A stretch of DNA of 64,000 nucleotides from Candidatus Latescibacterota bacterium (lineage in GTDB: Bacteria; Latescibacterota; UBA2968), in NCBI GenBank assembly GCA_965222605.1, contig OZ244960.1:6274377-6338376 (forward strand). Direction: 5' to 3'. The position numbers were made by a program, and so were the translations under genes. Of this stretch, positions 1 through 9,448 are shown piece by piece; within the stretch, counting starts at the first letter, position 1; each line of letters opens with the position of its first letter. The notes under the pieces were generated by a model. That model saw only the letters and a list, made by a program, of their open reading frames with translations. It searched no databases and was not told the origin of the DNA.

Positions 1-166
1 TATACCCTTTGAAGATAAATTCTCCCATGTAGAACCTACGGGCGCCGGTCTGGCCAGATTAGATTTCTCCGCGTCTCCTACTTTGTGTAAATGGTTTTTC
101 CCGTTGCTGATGTTTGCTACATTTGGGGATACAGTAGAAGACCCCTCCGAGGCGTTTACCTTATGA
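1..166 (+). CDS. 3' end of an unknown gene running in from the window edge
   Basis: Frame 2 is open from base 2 (IPFEDKFSHVEPTG...DPSEAFTL) to TGA 164-166, which overlaps the next ATG at 163 (ATGA coupling). Confidence 0.6.
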   Translation, partial: IPFEDKFSHVEPTGAGLARLDFSASPTLCKWFFPLLMFATFGDTVEDPSEAFTL

Positions 167-1152
167 TTGACTATATTATTATTCCAGGTGTTGATGTTTC
201 TACGCTAAAGATCGTTCCACAACACGGGCGTTGGCTCAGAGATTGGTTATTGGACATTGAAACAGAAATCTCTAATGATTCTGTTTCTTCGGCATGGTGT
301 CTTCAAGGAATTTTGGTTGAGCTTGCTCTTTTCGGATGCGTCCAGACGGATTGGGAAGGGATCATCAGGGAATTATTAAAAGATGAAGAGGGAAAACCGC
401 TTGCGTACTCAGCAAGGTATGAAAAAAAATTACACAATTTCTCTCGTCAATGGAAACAAACGCCTATCCACGCTATCTATACGCATTGGTGGATTGATAG
501 ATACAATGGTTCTGACGCCAACAATATCAATGCCTATAGGGACTTGATCAAACGCTGTATTCAGCCAAGTGGTTGGATCTATAATCCCGATGTCAGTCCG
601 ACAGATCCCCGAACAAGAATGAAAGCTGAATTGATGCTCTCTCTTTCTATGGGCGTAGAAATACTGTCCGCTCAGGGCTTAGATCAGACCCAAAAGTCTC
701 TGTTTGAGGCCATCCTGAGTTCGACAAATGTAACTGGCTATTTGAGTGCAGAGTGTTTTAGAATGCGTACTCTCCAGATGCTGTCGGCTACCTATTTGGC
801 ACCTTATGGCCTGGGAGAAATTATTGATCCCTGTGAAGCAGAAGAAGGCTATTGCGATTTCTCAGTAGAATCAAAAGTCGATGATTATATGGGAACGGCC
901 AAAAGGACATCGCGCGACAAGCCCATACACTCAGCCATCTCTGCTTTGCATGCTCGTCAAATCGCAAAATATTGCGATTTAGAAACCCAACAAGCAGTCC
1001 AATCGAGACTCTCAAATTTTGCTGGCTATCTCTCAGCGTATCCACTGGATATTCCGGCGTTTCGGATGAGAGATATCGATGTTCCCTTTGGAACAGACCT
1101 CTCCCCTTTAGAGATATTTGCCGCCTCTCACATCATTTCTACCACCGGGTAA
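163..1152 (+). CDS. Hypothetical protein (~329 aa), possibly an alpha/alpha-toroid (prenyltransferase/terpene cyclase-like) fold
   Basis: Long ORF. ATG 163 follows GAGG and overlaps the upstream stop. Helical composition with CIQPSGW and CEAEEGY turns resembling QxxDGGW repeats; the fold is a guess. Confidence 0.75.
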   Translation: MIDYIIIPGVDVSTLKIVPQHGRWLRDWLLDIETEISNDSVSSAWCLQGILVELALFGCVQTDWEGIIRELLKDEEGKPLAYSARYEKKLHNFSRQWKQTPIHAIYTHWWIDRYNGSDANNINAYRDLIKRCIQPSGWIYNPDVSPTDPRTRMKAELMLSLSMGVEILSAQGLDQTQKSLFEAILSSTNVTGYLSAECFRMRTLQMLSATYLAPYGLGEIIDPCEAEEGYCDFSVESKVDDYMGTAKRTSRDKPIHSAISALHARQIAKYCDLETQQAVQSRLSNFAGYLSAYPLDIPAFRMRDIDVPFGTDLSPLEIFAASHIISTTG

Positions 1153-1153
1153 T

Positions 1154-3913
1154 ATGAACACATCCGAACAGAGTATCTTGCACTTTAAGGAGTTTGATGA
1201 TGCGGAACAGGTGCATCTCAAACTCAAGCCTTATATTCAGCCATTCGAGCAGCTTCTCGCTCAAGGCGAGTTGTACGGTCTTATAGGCGACAGTTACGCG
1301 AAGTATCCGTTCTCTAAGCCAGCAGATCAACAGGTTACACTCGCCCAAAAGAATCTCAAACAAGATCTGTTTAGAAGACTTGCTTATTGGGAACAAATCG
1401 GAAATTTGGCACTGGAGCCAACATTTCAGATTCTGCTCGAGTCAGAAAAACACTTAACCGACTTAAGTGGTCAAAGCAACTTCAAATTTCACAAATCTCG
1501 AAAGTTGCGATACGGGCCGCATGGCATACACGAGTATCGGGGCAAATTCTTTCCTCAGTTGGTCAAAGCCCTGATCAATTTTGCAGGCTTACAACCGGGG
1601 GAGGTCGTTATTGACCCCATGTGTGGAAGTGGCACGACGAATATTGAAGCCCGATCAATGGGTATGCAAACAATCGGTGCAGATCTCAATCCGCTGTCAG
1701 TGAAAATATCTCGTGTAAAGACTTCTGTTTTTGATCTTGATCTCGCGTCTATTAATACGCACTTGACACGATTTTTGACTGCGATCAAAGAGACTGATAT
1801 TCGCAAATCGGTCGCCGAATATCCCTGGAATAAAGACGACACCACCTATCTAAACAGATGGTTTGCCCCAGAGGCCCTCAAAGAGTTGGCGTTTATCCTT
1901 ACCAAAATTGCAGACACAACGGATAAAAAGACGCGGAGGTTTTTGCAGGTTTGCCTGAGCAATATTATCAGATCCATATCCTGGCAAAGAGAATCTGACT
2001 TGCGCGTCCGAAAGGAGATTACCAACTATACGCCGGGCATGGCAATACAACTCTTGTCCCAAGAAATCAAGAAGAGCATCGCAAAAATCACAGCTTATTT
2101 ATCTTGTTTTAACGGAATCAAGACATTCCCTCAGTTTACAATTCAAGAAGGTGATGCACGCAATATCCACACTGTTTTTCCGACGTGGGTAGGCAAATGT
2201 GATGTTCTTATTACATCGCCCCCTTATGCAATGGCCCTCCCATATATTGATACCGACCGCTTGAGTTTATCAACGTTAGGACTACTCCCTCGAGGTAGCC
2301 ACAGGGCGCGTGAGTATGAGATGATTGGAAATCGGGAGATCACAAATGCTCAACGGCAGGCATTATGGGAAAATTATCTGGCAAGAAGAAATGGGCTTCC
2401 CAAAAACGTAAGGGAGGTTGTCGAAACAGTTGACGAAGCAAATAAACGCGAGACGGTCGGGTTCCGCAGAAAGAACCTGTCTGCGCTTCTTGGGCGGTAT
2501 TTCCTGGATATGTCAGATGCCATGCAGAATGCACTCAAAATGATGCGTCCAGGCCATTTCGGTTTTTACGTCGTTGGAAACAACAGTACCACAATTGATG
2601 GCAAACGATTTGAAATTGAGACCGATAAACTGGTGTGGGAGATTGGAAAAAAGGTTGGCTGGAAGCAAAGGAAGATGCTCAATATGGAGTTGCTACCCTC
2701 GAGAGATATTTTTCGGAATAACAAGGGATCATCAGAATCGATCCTCTGGTTTCAAGCTTCAGGAGAGAAGCTCCAGAGAAAAGCCATCTACGGAGCGACG
2801 AGTAAGCAGATTGAGAATTTATCCAATGGAGATTGGGATTTTCACAAAGAGAATACGCAACAGCATTTACATGCAATCCATTCCTATCCTGCGCGATTCA
2901 TTCCGCAAATTCCTAATAAAGCCATAAGAACTTGGACCAATCCTGGGGAAGTTGTCCTCGATCCATTCTGCGGATGTGGAACGACACTTTTGGAAAGCGT
3001 TATTTTAGGACGGGAGGCCATAGGTATCGATAATAACGCTGTGGCTTGCTTGATCAGTCGGGCAAAGGTTGCTGATTATACAGATGAAGACATCAAAATC
3101 TTGACAGATTTCTTAAGCAAGATAGATGAGAAACTTTCGACGCTTTCCAAGCCGCTTGAACTCCCCGAATACCATAATGTATCATATTGGTTCAGTGATG
3201 ATGCCCTAAAAGACTTGGGTAAAATCAAGGCTATCATCAATCAATTACCAGAAAAACCAGGTGCCTTTGCGATGGCGATATTTTCGGCCATTATCGTTCG
3301 GGTTTCAAACCAAGATAGCGATACCCGTTATGCGCGAATAAAAAAATCCTATGACCAAGGCAATGCAATCGAATGGTTTAAAAGCCGCCTCGTAGATGCT
3401 CTCAAACGTCTCAAAGCAATCGCCACCTTATCCAAGGCTCAAGCAGTTGTTCACTGTATTGATGGTCGAGACCTGAGCGTTATACCTGATGGCAGCGTCA
3501 ATTTGATCGTGACTTCGCCACCTTATATCAACGCCTATGACTATCATAAATATCACCGTCACAGGTTGCACTGGATTGATGGAAGTGTTGAACTCGCGAG
3601 AGATACAGAAATCGGAAAGCATGACACGTTCACCCGCCCCAAAGCCACGCCAGATCGTTATTTTGAAGACATGCAAAAATGCTTTGCAGAGTGGCAACGG
3701 GTCTTAACTCCTGATGGAAAGGCTTTTGTTGTTATCGGCGATGGTATTGTAAATAAAACACCTGTTCCTGTAGGAGATAAGTTCGTTGAGATCATGGAAC
3801 AGTTAGGACTTAAGACCGCGGATCGATGGATACGAACGCTCCAAAAATCTAAGAAATCCTTTAACCAACATGGTCGAATTGACAAAGAGCATGTCCTCTT
3901 ATTTGAGAAATGA
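1154..3913 (+). CDS. Fused double DNA methyltransferase (two amino-MTase domains, SPPY type, likely m4C)
   Basis: Two copies of motif I (DPMCGSGTT, DPFCGCGTT), each followed by motif IV TSPPY, and preceded by HGIHEYRGKFFPQ / HAIHSYPARFIPQ. ATG 1154 lies 1 nt after the upstream stop. Confidence 0.9.
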   Translation: MNTSEQSILHFKEFDDAEQVHLKLKPYIQPFEQLLAQGELYGLIGDSYAKYPFSKPADQQVTLAQKNLKQDLFRRLAYWEQIGNLALEPTFQILLESEKHLTDLSGQSNFKFHKSRKLRYGPHGIHEYRGKFFPQLVKALINFAGLQPGEVVIDPMCGSGTTNIEARSMGMQTIGADLNPLSVKISRVKTSVFDLDLASINTHLTRFLTAIKETDIRKSVAEYPWNKDDTTYLNRWFAPEALKELAFILTKIADTTDKKTRRFLQVCLSNIIRSISWQRESDLRVRKEITNYTPGMAIQLLSQEIKKSIAKITAYLSCFNGIKTFPQFTIQEGDARNIHTVFPTWVGKCDVLITSPPYAMALPYIDTDRLSLSTLGLLPRGSHRAREYEMIGNREITNAQRQALWENYLARRNGLPKNVREVVETVDEANKRETVGFRRKNLSALLGRYFLDMSDAMQNALKMMRPGHFGFYVVGNNSTTIDGKRFEIETDKLVWEIGKKVGWKQRKMLNMELLPSRDIFRNNKGSSESILWFQASGEKLQRKAIYGATSKQIENLSNGDWDFHKENTQQHLHAIHSYPARFIPQIPNKAIRTWTNPGEVVLDPFCGCGTTLLESVILGREAIGIDNNAVACLISRAKVADYTDEDIKILTDFLSKIDEKLSTLSKPLELPEYHNVSYWFSDDALKDLGKIKAIINQLPEKPGAFAMAIFSAIIVRVSNQDSDTRYARIKKSYDQGNAIEWFKSRLVDALKRLKAIATLSKAQAVVHCIDGRDLSVIPDGSVNLIVTSPPYINAYDYHKYHRHRLHWIDGSVELARDTEIGKHDTFTRPKATPDRYFEDMQKCFAEWQRVLTPDGKAFVVIGDGIVNKTPVPVGDKFVEIMEQLGLKTADRWIRTLQKSKKSFNQHGRIDKEHVLLFEK

Positions 3914-3971
3914 GTGAATCGGAACACGATTCTCAACCTTGTGATCTATCTTGACATAAGGAATCGAAAGC

Positions 3972-5024
3972 ATGAACCAAGAATCACGCTGTCCAATCTG
4001 GAATACACCAGCTTCCGGAGAATCTCTTTTTAATAAAGGGATAGATTCGCCTCGTGCGGGCGGAAGGTACCTCATTACTCTGGAAGCTATTACACTCTTG
4101 CCGCAAATTGATGACCGCGTTAAGGCGCGCTTGACCTCGTGGTTGGTCGATCAGCGACGATTGGGCGTCGAATGTCCGGAAATATTCCAGGAAACGATCA
4201 AGATGGTGGAAAAGCAAGAAGATTTGTCCGTCCACGAGCGTGCAGATCGACTTCTCCAGTATATTGGAGATCAAACTGAAGAGATTGGTCACCGTGTTTC
4301 GTTCACAGTTCCCGATATGTCCAACACAGCGATAGCAGCGTGGTCGGAATCTGTCGAACGGCAGGAGGTAGAAGTTCTATTAAATTATTTGGGTGAGCAG
4401 GGTTGGATAAAAAGCAGTACAGAGTATAAACATAATACCCTAACAGTCGAGGGATACGCTCGACTTGAAGAACTTGAGACAACGAATGCCGAATCATCAA
4501 AAGGCTTTGTAGCCATCTCAGATGATTTGACGACTCTACCGACGGAGCCTGGGAAGAAGGTATTAGACGCGGAATCGAAGATGCGGGATGTTTTCATAAT
4601 TCATGGACACGATGATGGCACAAAAGAAACTGTCGCTCGATTTATCGAGCGACTCGGGCTAAAGCCTATTATCCTTCATGAACAACCCAACCAGGGACAA
4701 ACGATTATTGAGAAATTTGAGCGATATGCTGAGGTTGCATTCGCCATTGCTCTCCTGACTCCGGACGATACTGGTGGCCTATCGAAAGACGAACAGTCTC
4801 TCAAACCACGCGCACGACAAAATGTCATATTTGAGTTTGGATATTTTATGGGCAAGTTAGGCCGCCAGCGAGTTTGTGCATTAAAAAAAGAGAATGTCGA
4901 GACACCCTCCGACTATGACGGTGTGCTATATATTGCCTTTGATGAATCTGGCGCATGGAAGATGGAACTTGTGAAAGAATTGAAGAACGCGGGATTTGAT
5001 GTTGATGCGAATCTGGCAATCTGA
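3972..5024 (+). CDS. TIR-like domain protein (CAP12/Pycsar-type nucleotide-binding TIR) with N-terminal winged-helix-like region
   Basis: C-terminal VFIIHGHD...LGLKPIILHEQPNQGQTIIEKFE...LLTPDD...RARQNVIFEFGYFMGKLGR...PSD signature. Confidence 0.9.
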   Translation: MNQESRCPIWNTPASGESLFNKGIDSPRAGGRYLITLEAITLLPQIDDRVKARLTSWLVDQRRLGVECPEIFQETIKMVEKQEDLSVHERADRLLQYIGDQTEEIGHRVSFTVPDMSNTAIAAWSESVERQEVEVLLNYLGEQGWIKSSTEYKHNTLTVEGYARLEELETTNAESSKGFVAISDDLTTLPTEPGKKVLDAESKMRDVFIIHGHDDGTKETVARFIERLGLKPIILHEQPNQGQTIIEKFERYAEVAFAIALLTPDDTGGLSKDEQSLKPRARQNVIFEFGYFMGKLGRQRVCALKKENVETPSDYDGVLYIAFDESGAWKMELVKELKNAGFDVDANLAI

Positions 5025-5056
5025 ACGTCGTGGAACAGGTCTTGGGACTTTTCCAG

Positions 5057-5099
5057 GTGTTTGTCCACCAATCATTTAGCCTCACAAAATTAATTGATC
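5057..5099 (+). repeat. Junction repeat, copy 1 (partial copy of 9449-9498)
   Basis: GTGTTTGTCCACCA is an exact 14-bp match to 9449-9462, followed by TTAGCCTCACAAAATTAATTGAT (half hairpin). Confidence 0.75.
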
Positions 5100-5159
5100 A
5101 TGCTAAAGGTCTGGCCGAGAGGAAGTTATGTATTCGAGTTGCTTTCCCGATGTCCTATG

Positions 5160-5486
5160 CTATAGCTTGATACAATCTAACCTCAGCCGAAACCCCAGAG
5201 CGGAAATAATAGCCATCAGATTGTCGAGTTTCGGTTTGCTGCAACTTGAAAGCACACGATAGAGATGTTCGCGGTTCAGTCCGGCGCGTTTTGCCAATGC
5301 ACCGACCCCACCTTGTGCCTTGGCGACGTCCCGCAAGGCCAATAACAGCCCATCAGTCTCACCACTTGCTTCACACTCATCCAGTGAGACTTCCAGATAA
5401 ACCCGAGCTTCTTCGGGGTCTTTGAGAGATTTTATCAGTCCTTCTTCGTAACTGACCGTGTGTTTCAAAACCTGTTTTTTAGTCAT
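5160..5486 (-). CDS. Putative addiction-module antidote protein (HI1420-type HTH antitoxin)
   Basis: LKDPEEARVYL...LLLALRDVAKAQGGVGALAKRAGLNREHLYRVLS...PKLDNL pattern. Confidence 0.85.
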   Translation of the reverse strand: MTKKQVLKHTVSYEEGLIKSLKDPEEARVYLEVSLDECEASGETDGLLLALRDVAKAQGGVGALAKRAGLNREHLYRVLSSCSKPKLDNLMAIISALGFRLRLDCIKL

Positions 5487-5535
5487 GGCTGCGGCTCCTC
5501 AAGTCCTGCCAATATGCTTTGGCGCGTTCAATTTC
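5479..5535 (-). pseudogene. C-terminal remnant of addiction-module killer (HI1419/RelE-like) toxin
   Basis: Translates EIERAKAYWQDLRSRSHD*, overlapping the antidote ATG. The rest of the gene, including the GGDK motif, is absent. Confidence 0.65.
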
Positions 5536-5595
5536 AAAATGTAGCGTACACGCGACAAAAAGTAAACAATAAGACGATACTGCTTCAGAATCTAC

Positions 5596-5632
5596 CCCCA
5601 CAAGATCAATTGATGATTTTGTGGGGTTTTTC
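5596..5632 (+). terminator. Hairpin / junction repeat, copy 2
   Basis: CCCCACAA-gatcaattgatgatt-TTGTGGGG followed by TTTTT; related to 9472-9505. Confidence 0.65.
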
Positions 5633-5761
5633 ATATCATCAATTTGTAGGTGCATGATTCGATCAGAGATGCGACCAATAGTACATATTTTGGCATACTA
5701 TATGTTGATAAATACGACATCACATCGTATGTTTATTTTTACACACAAAAGGAGAACCATC

Positions 5762-6013
5762 ATGGCAAAAAACAAGCGTGTTGTTTTTAAGTTTGATGCG
5801 CCCAGCTTAAGAGCTTTGGAAGTTATGACCAAAGAAGGTTGCTATAACTCGATGGGCGATACGATTTGTGAATCCTTAAAAATTAGTCGCGCGCTCCAAA
5901 CTCAGGCGAGACAAGGCTTTTCTGAAATTACATTACTTAACCCTGACACAGGTGAAAAACGCGTTGTTGTCATCCCTCACTTGCAATCATTGGCACAAGA
6001 AATAGCCTCTTAA
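5762..6013 (+). CDS. Small protein, ribbon-helix-helix (CopG-like) candidate
   Basis: AAGGAG RBS before ATG 5762. Beta-strand KRVVFKF followed by two helices. Confidence 0.6.
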   Translation: MAKNKRVVFKFDAPSLRALEVMTKEGCYNSMGDTICESLKISRALQTQARQGFSEITLLNPDTGEKRVVVIPHLQSLAQEIAS

Positions 6014-6205
6014 TTTTATTATCATCGAGCATCTTTATATCGCGACAATTATCATTTGATAAGAGAGACGAGAATATGAACAAGTCTTACGTTAAGCGGT
6101 ACCGAGATGACACAGACCAGACAAGACCCCCCCAACAAAAGACTAACCTATCAGAAATTCCCCCTATTGCACAACGCCATGTTGTTGACTTTACCGAGGT
6201 GACCT

Positions 6206-7423
6206 ATGGCTGAACCCATTCTACGCCAGTTGATATTGCATCGTTTCCGTAGCCTTCGGTTGGAACAAGTAGAATTCGACAACCCGACCTTTCTCGTCGG
6301 TCAAAATGGCTCTGGCAAGAGTAACTTCGCCGATGCCTTCGCATTCCTCGCAGAGGCAATGGCCTCCCCACTGCAAGCAGTTCTCGATCATCGTGGGGGA
6401 TTTGCCGCAGTTGCCCATCGAAGCTCTGCAAGGGGCCGTCCATCAAACTTGGGCTTGTCAGTGGTGTTGGAGAATCTGGATGGCGATACACCCCAGGCGC
6501 GATATGCATTCGAGTTACGCGCCCGGAGAAGCTACGGCTTTGAGGTTGTGCGCGAGCAATGCATCGTGCAGAAGTCAGATGGATCGAGTACCTGGTTTGA
6601 TCGCGCCATGTCCCCCAAAGGTTCTTTCATAGGTTGGAAAAGCCGCAGGTATTCTCCTAAACCGCTCATGGAACCGAGCGCCCTTGCCCTACCTCTGATC
6701 GGAGGCGACGTGCGCTTTCAGGCGATTTCGCGATTCCTGTCGGAAATGCGCGTGTATCGGATTGACCCGGCTGCTCTGCGAACAATGCGAGATGCGGATG
6801 GGGGTGTGCGCTTACATTCTGATGGCAGCAATGCAGCCAGCGTGCTACGCGAGATCCAACGCGAATCTCCGTATGCCTGGAGGCAGATTCTTGAAATTCT
6901 CGAAAGTATTGTCCCCGGTACCATCGGCGTCCAGCCCAAAAAGCAAGGTAACAAGCTCACCCTGGAGTTCACCCAGGATTGGGCACAGACGAAGCCCGTG
7001 AAGTTCGAGGCCCTCAACATTTCCGACGGCACGTTGCGAGCACTGGGACTGCTCGCAGCGGTTTTTCAGCGTCCAGCACCCTCGTTGCTCGTCATTGAAG
7101 AACCGGAAGCCACAATCCATCCAGGAGCTCTTGGCTCTATTCTGGATATACTACGACATGCTGGGCGTTTTATGCAGGTCGTAGTGACGACACATAGTCC
7201 GGATGTTCTCGATGCCAAATGGATTGAAGATCGCCACTTGAGGATTGTGAACTGTGATAAAGGAGCGACGCGGATTAGCCGAGTCTCGCCAGCGACACGG
7301 GAGGCCCTGAGCGAGCACCTGATGGGCGCAGGCGAGTTGCTCCGCTCGAACGCTCTGACGCCCGCCGATTTGTTCGACCATAATCCACGCCAACTCAGGT
7401 TGTTCGAGGATGACCTCTCATGA
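6206..7423 (+). CDS. ABC/AAA ATPase (AAA_21, COG4637-like)
   Basis: Walker A GQNGSGKS, signature ISDGT, Walker B LLVIEEPE, H-loop TTHS. Confidence 0.9.
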   Translation: MAEPILRQLILHRFRSLRLEQVEFDNPTFLVGQNGSGKSNFADAFAFLAEAMASPLQAVLDHRGGFAAVAHRSSARGRPSNLGLSVVLENLDGDTPQARYAFELRARRSYGFEVVREQCIVQKSDGSSTWFDRAMSPKGSFIGWKSRRYSPKPLMEPSALALPLIGGDVRFQAISRFLSEMRVYRIDPAALRTMRDADGGVRLHSDGSNAASVLREIQRESPYAWRQILEILESIVPGTIGVQPKKQGNKLTLEFTQDWAQTKPVKFEALNISDGTLRALGLLAAVFQRPAPSLLVIEEPEATIHPGALGSILDILRHAGRFMQVVVTTHSPDVLDAKWIEDRHLRIVNCDKGATRISRVSPATREALSEHLMGAGELLRSNALTPADLFDHNPRQLRLFEDDLS

Positions 7424-7554
7424 TAATCCAGCCAATCGTGGAAGGCTACGGAGAGGTGAAGGCGTTCCCTGTACTGTTGCGCCGTCTCGTTGAGGAGGCG
7501 CAAGCCTGGACCGTCAACATCGGGCGATCAATCCGAAGATCGCGCTCTCAGTAG
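7420..7554 (+). pseudogene. Truncated DUF4276-like (TOPRIM-like) partner of the ATPase
   Basis: ATGA overlap with the ATPase stop. MIIQPIVEGYGEVKAFPVLLRRL... stops after 44 codons. Confidence 0.7.
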
Positions 7555-7563
7555 GAAAACAGC

Positions 7564-8104
7564 ATGCATATTTATATCGTATTTGCTCATCCGAGTAGGC
7601 GATCTTTTACGGGTGATGTGCTGGCGGAATTTTGTCGTGGATTGCGGGACGGGGACACTCTTACGAGATAGGTGATTTGTACGAAATGGATTTCAGGACT
7701 GATCTGATGTACAGGCTGAACACGCCAAGATCGAGAAGGCTGATGGCCTGGTATTCGTATTTCCAGTTTGGTGGTGTGATGGTCCAGCAAAATTAAAGGG
7801 ATGGTTTGATCGGGTCTGTGTCTGTGGATATACGTATGTGTATGAGAACGAGGAATACCCGATGTCTCGACTCGCGATTGATAAGGCGTTGGTCTTGTGT
7901 ACTGCGGGTCACACACTCGAGCATCTCGAAGAAACCGGTATTTTAGAGAGTATGCGGTGTATCTATCTCAGTGATCGCCTTCGTCCTGGAATAGGCGTGG
8001 CACGGGCGGATATGGTTGTATTGGGAGATACGGCAGAAGGCGGAGAGGGCGTAAGGCAGAAGAATTTCGCACAGGCTTATCAATTGGGGAAAGAGTTTTG
8101 TTGA
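7564..8104 (+). pseudogene. NAD(P)H-dependent oxidoreductase (flavodoxin-like, quinone reductase type), frameshifted
   Basis: Split across frames: MHIYIVFAHPSRRSFT..., DLYEMDF, ADGLVFVFPVWWCDGPAKLKGWFDRV, KALVLCTAG. Confidence 0.8.
8002..8104 (+). repeat. Direct repeat D1 (3' end of the flavodoxin-like gene)
   Basis: Colinear, diverged match to 9331-9433 ending in the same ...QAYQLGKEFC* codons. Confidence 0.85.
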
Positions 8105-8210
8105 CGTAATCTCAAACTGTTGTGGTTTGATCATGGTGTAGATTTTTTTATATTTTAAAAATCAAAGGTAAATTGAAGGCAGGCACACATCCAAAATAGG
8201 AGATGGGACG

Positions 8211-9329
8211 ATGGGCCTCAAGATTCAAAACCTTACACTAAAACATTTTCGCGCATTCCGAGAATTGCGTATTAATGGCTTGGGCCGCGTGAACCTCATC
8301 ACTGGAAAAAACAACACCGGAAAGTCGTCGGTGCTCGAGGCATTACATATTTTCGCTCATGGCGCAGCACTTGACGTAATTAGCCACGTACTTGAACGGC
8401 GCGAAGGAAACATTAGAGTAGAAGGGGAAGGGCGTACTGCTGATAGGGAGCGCCTAATTCAAATTTCCACTCTGTTCTATGGGTTCCCCGAACCTTCAGA
8501 TTTCACAGAGCCGATCGTCATTTCCACCAAAGACAATTCATGCCCTATGCGGTTGACGATGCAGGTAGGCTGGTTTTCGGAGGAACGTGGCACCGACGGC
8601 AACTTGCGGTTGGTTCCTTTGCAAGCAGACTCCTTTGACGAGCCAGATGACGTCGCAGCATTGGTAGTTGAGACACAAAATAAAAAAAAGCGAATCCTTG
8701 CACTGGAAAGGCTTGAGCGATACTCTTACCTGAGCAGAATTTCCGCACCTGGTTCTGAAACCCAAATACCCTGCATCTTTGTCAGCCCTTATGATGAACG
8801 GACAGCGATATTGGCTCCCTTATGGGACAGGATTTCGCTAACAAAATTCGAGAATCATGTCGTTGAGGCTTTGCAAATCATCGAACCACGGATATCTGCT
8901 GTCAATATGATATATGATGAAAACAGTAACATAGGACGCAAGGCGATTGTCCGGATTGAGAATATTGATCGACCTGTACCGCTACGGTTGTTGGGCGACG
9001 GCGTGAATCGCCTTCTCGACATAGCCCTCTCGCTCATCAACGCTCGCGGGGGGCTCTTGTTAATAGATGAATTTGAAAACGGCTTGCATCACACAGTCCA
9101 GTTCGATGCCTGGAAGACTATATTCCTCTTGGCCAGGGAACTCGACATACAGGTCTTCGCCACTTCGCACAGTTGGGACGCGGTGGAGGCATTTCAGCAG
9201 GCTTCGGCAGAAATACCTGAAGAAGGAGCTCTCGTGCGTCTGACCCGAAGAGGTGAAGAGATCATTCCCACTGTATTCTCAGAAGATGAACTGGCTATTG
9301 TGACTCGTAACAGAGTCGAGGTACGCTGA
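8211..9329 (+). CDS. ABC/AAA ATPase (AAA_15/AAA_21 family)
   Basis: Walker A GKNNTGKS, signature LGDG, Walker B LLLIDEFENGLH, ATSHS, C-terminal EVR. Confidence 0.9.
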   Translation: MGLKIQNLTLKHFRAFRELRINGLGRVNLITGKNNTGKSSVLEALHIFAHGAALDVISHVLERREGNIRVEGEGRTADRERLIQISTLFYGFPEPSDFTEPIVISTKDNSCPMRLTMQVGWFSEERGTDGNLRLVPLQADSFDEPDDVAALVVETQNKKKRILALERLERYSYLSRISAPGSETQIPCIFVSPYDERTAILAPLWDRISLTKFENHVVEALQIIEPRISAVNMIYDENSNIGRKAIVRIENIDRPVPLRLLGDGVNRLLDIALSLINARGGLLLIDEFENGLHHTVQFDAWKTIFLLARELDIQVFATSHSWDAVEAFQQASAEIPEEGALVRLTRRGEEIIPTVFSEDELAIVTRNRVEVR

Positions 9330-9330
9330 T

Positions 9331-9433
9331 ACGGACGGATATGGCTGTGTTGGGAGACATGGCAGAAGGCGGAGAAAGTGTGAGGCAGAAGAATCTCACA
9401 CAGGCTTATCAGTTGGGTAAGGAGTTTTGCTGA
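9331..9433 (+). repeat. Direct repeat D2 (second copy of the flavodoxin-like gene 3' end)
   Basis: ACGGACGGATATGGCTGTGTTGGGAGAC...GGAGTTTTGCTGA is colinear with 8002-8104. Confidence 0.85.
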
Positions 9434-9448
9434 AAGTATTCCATATAT

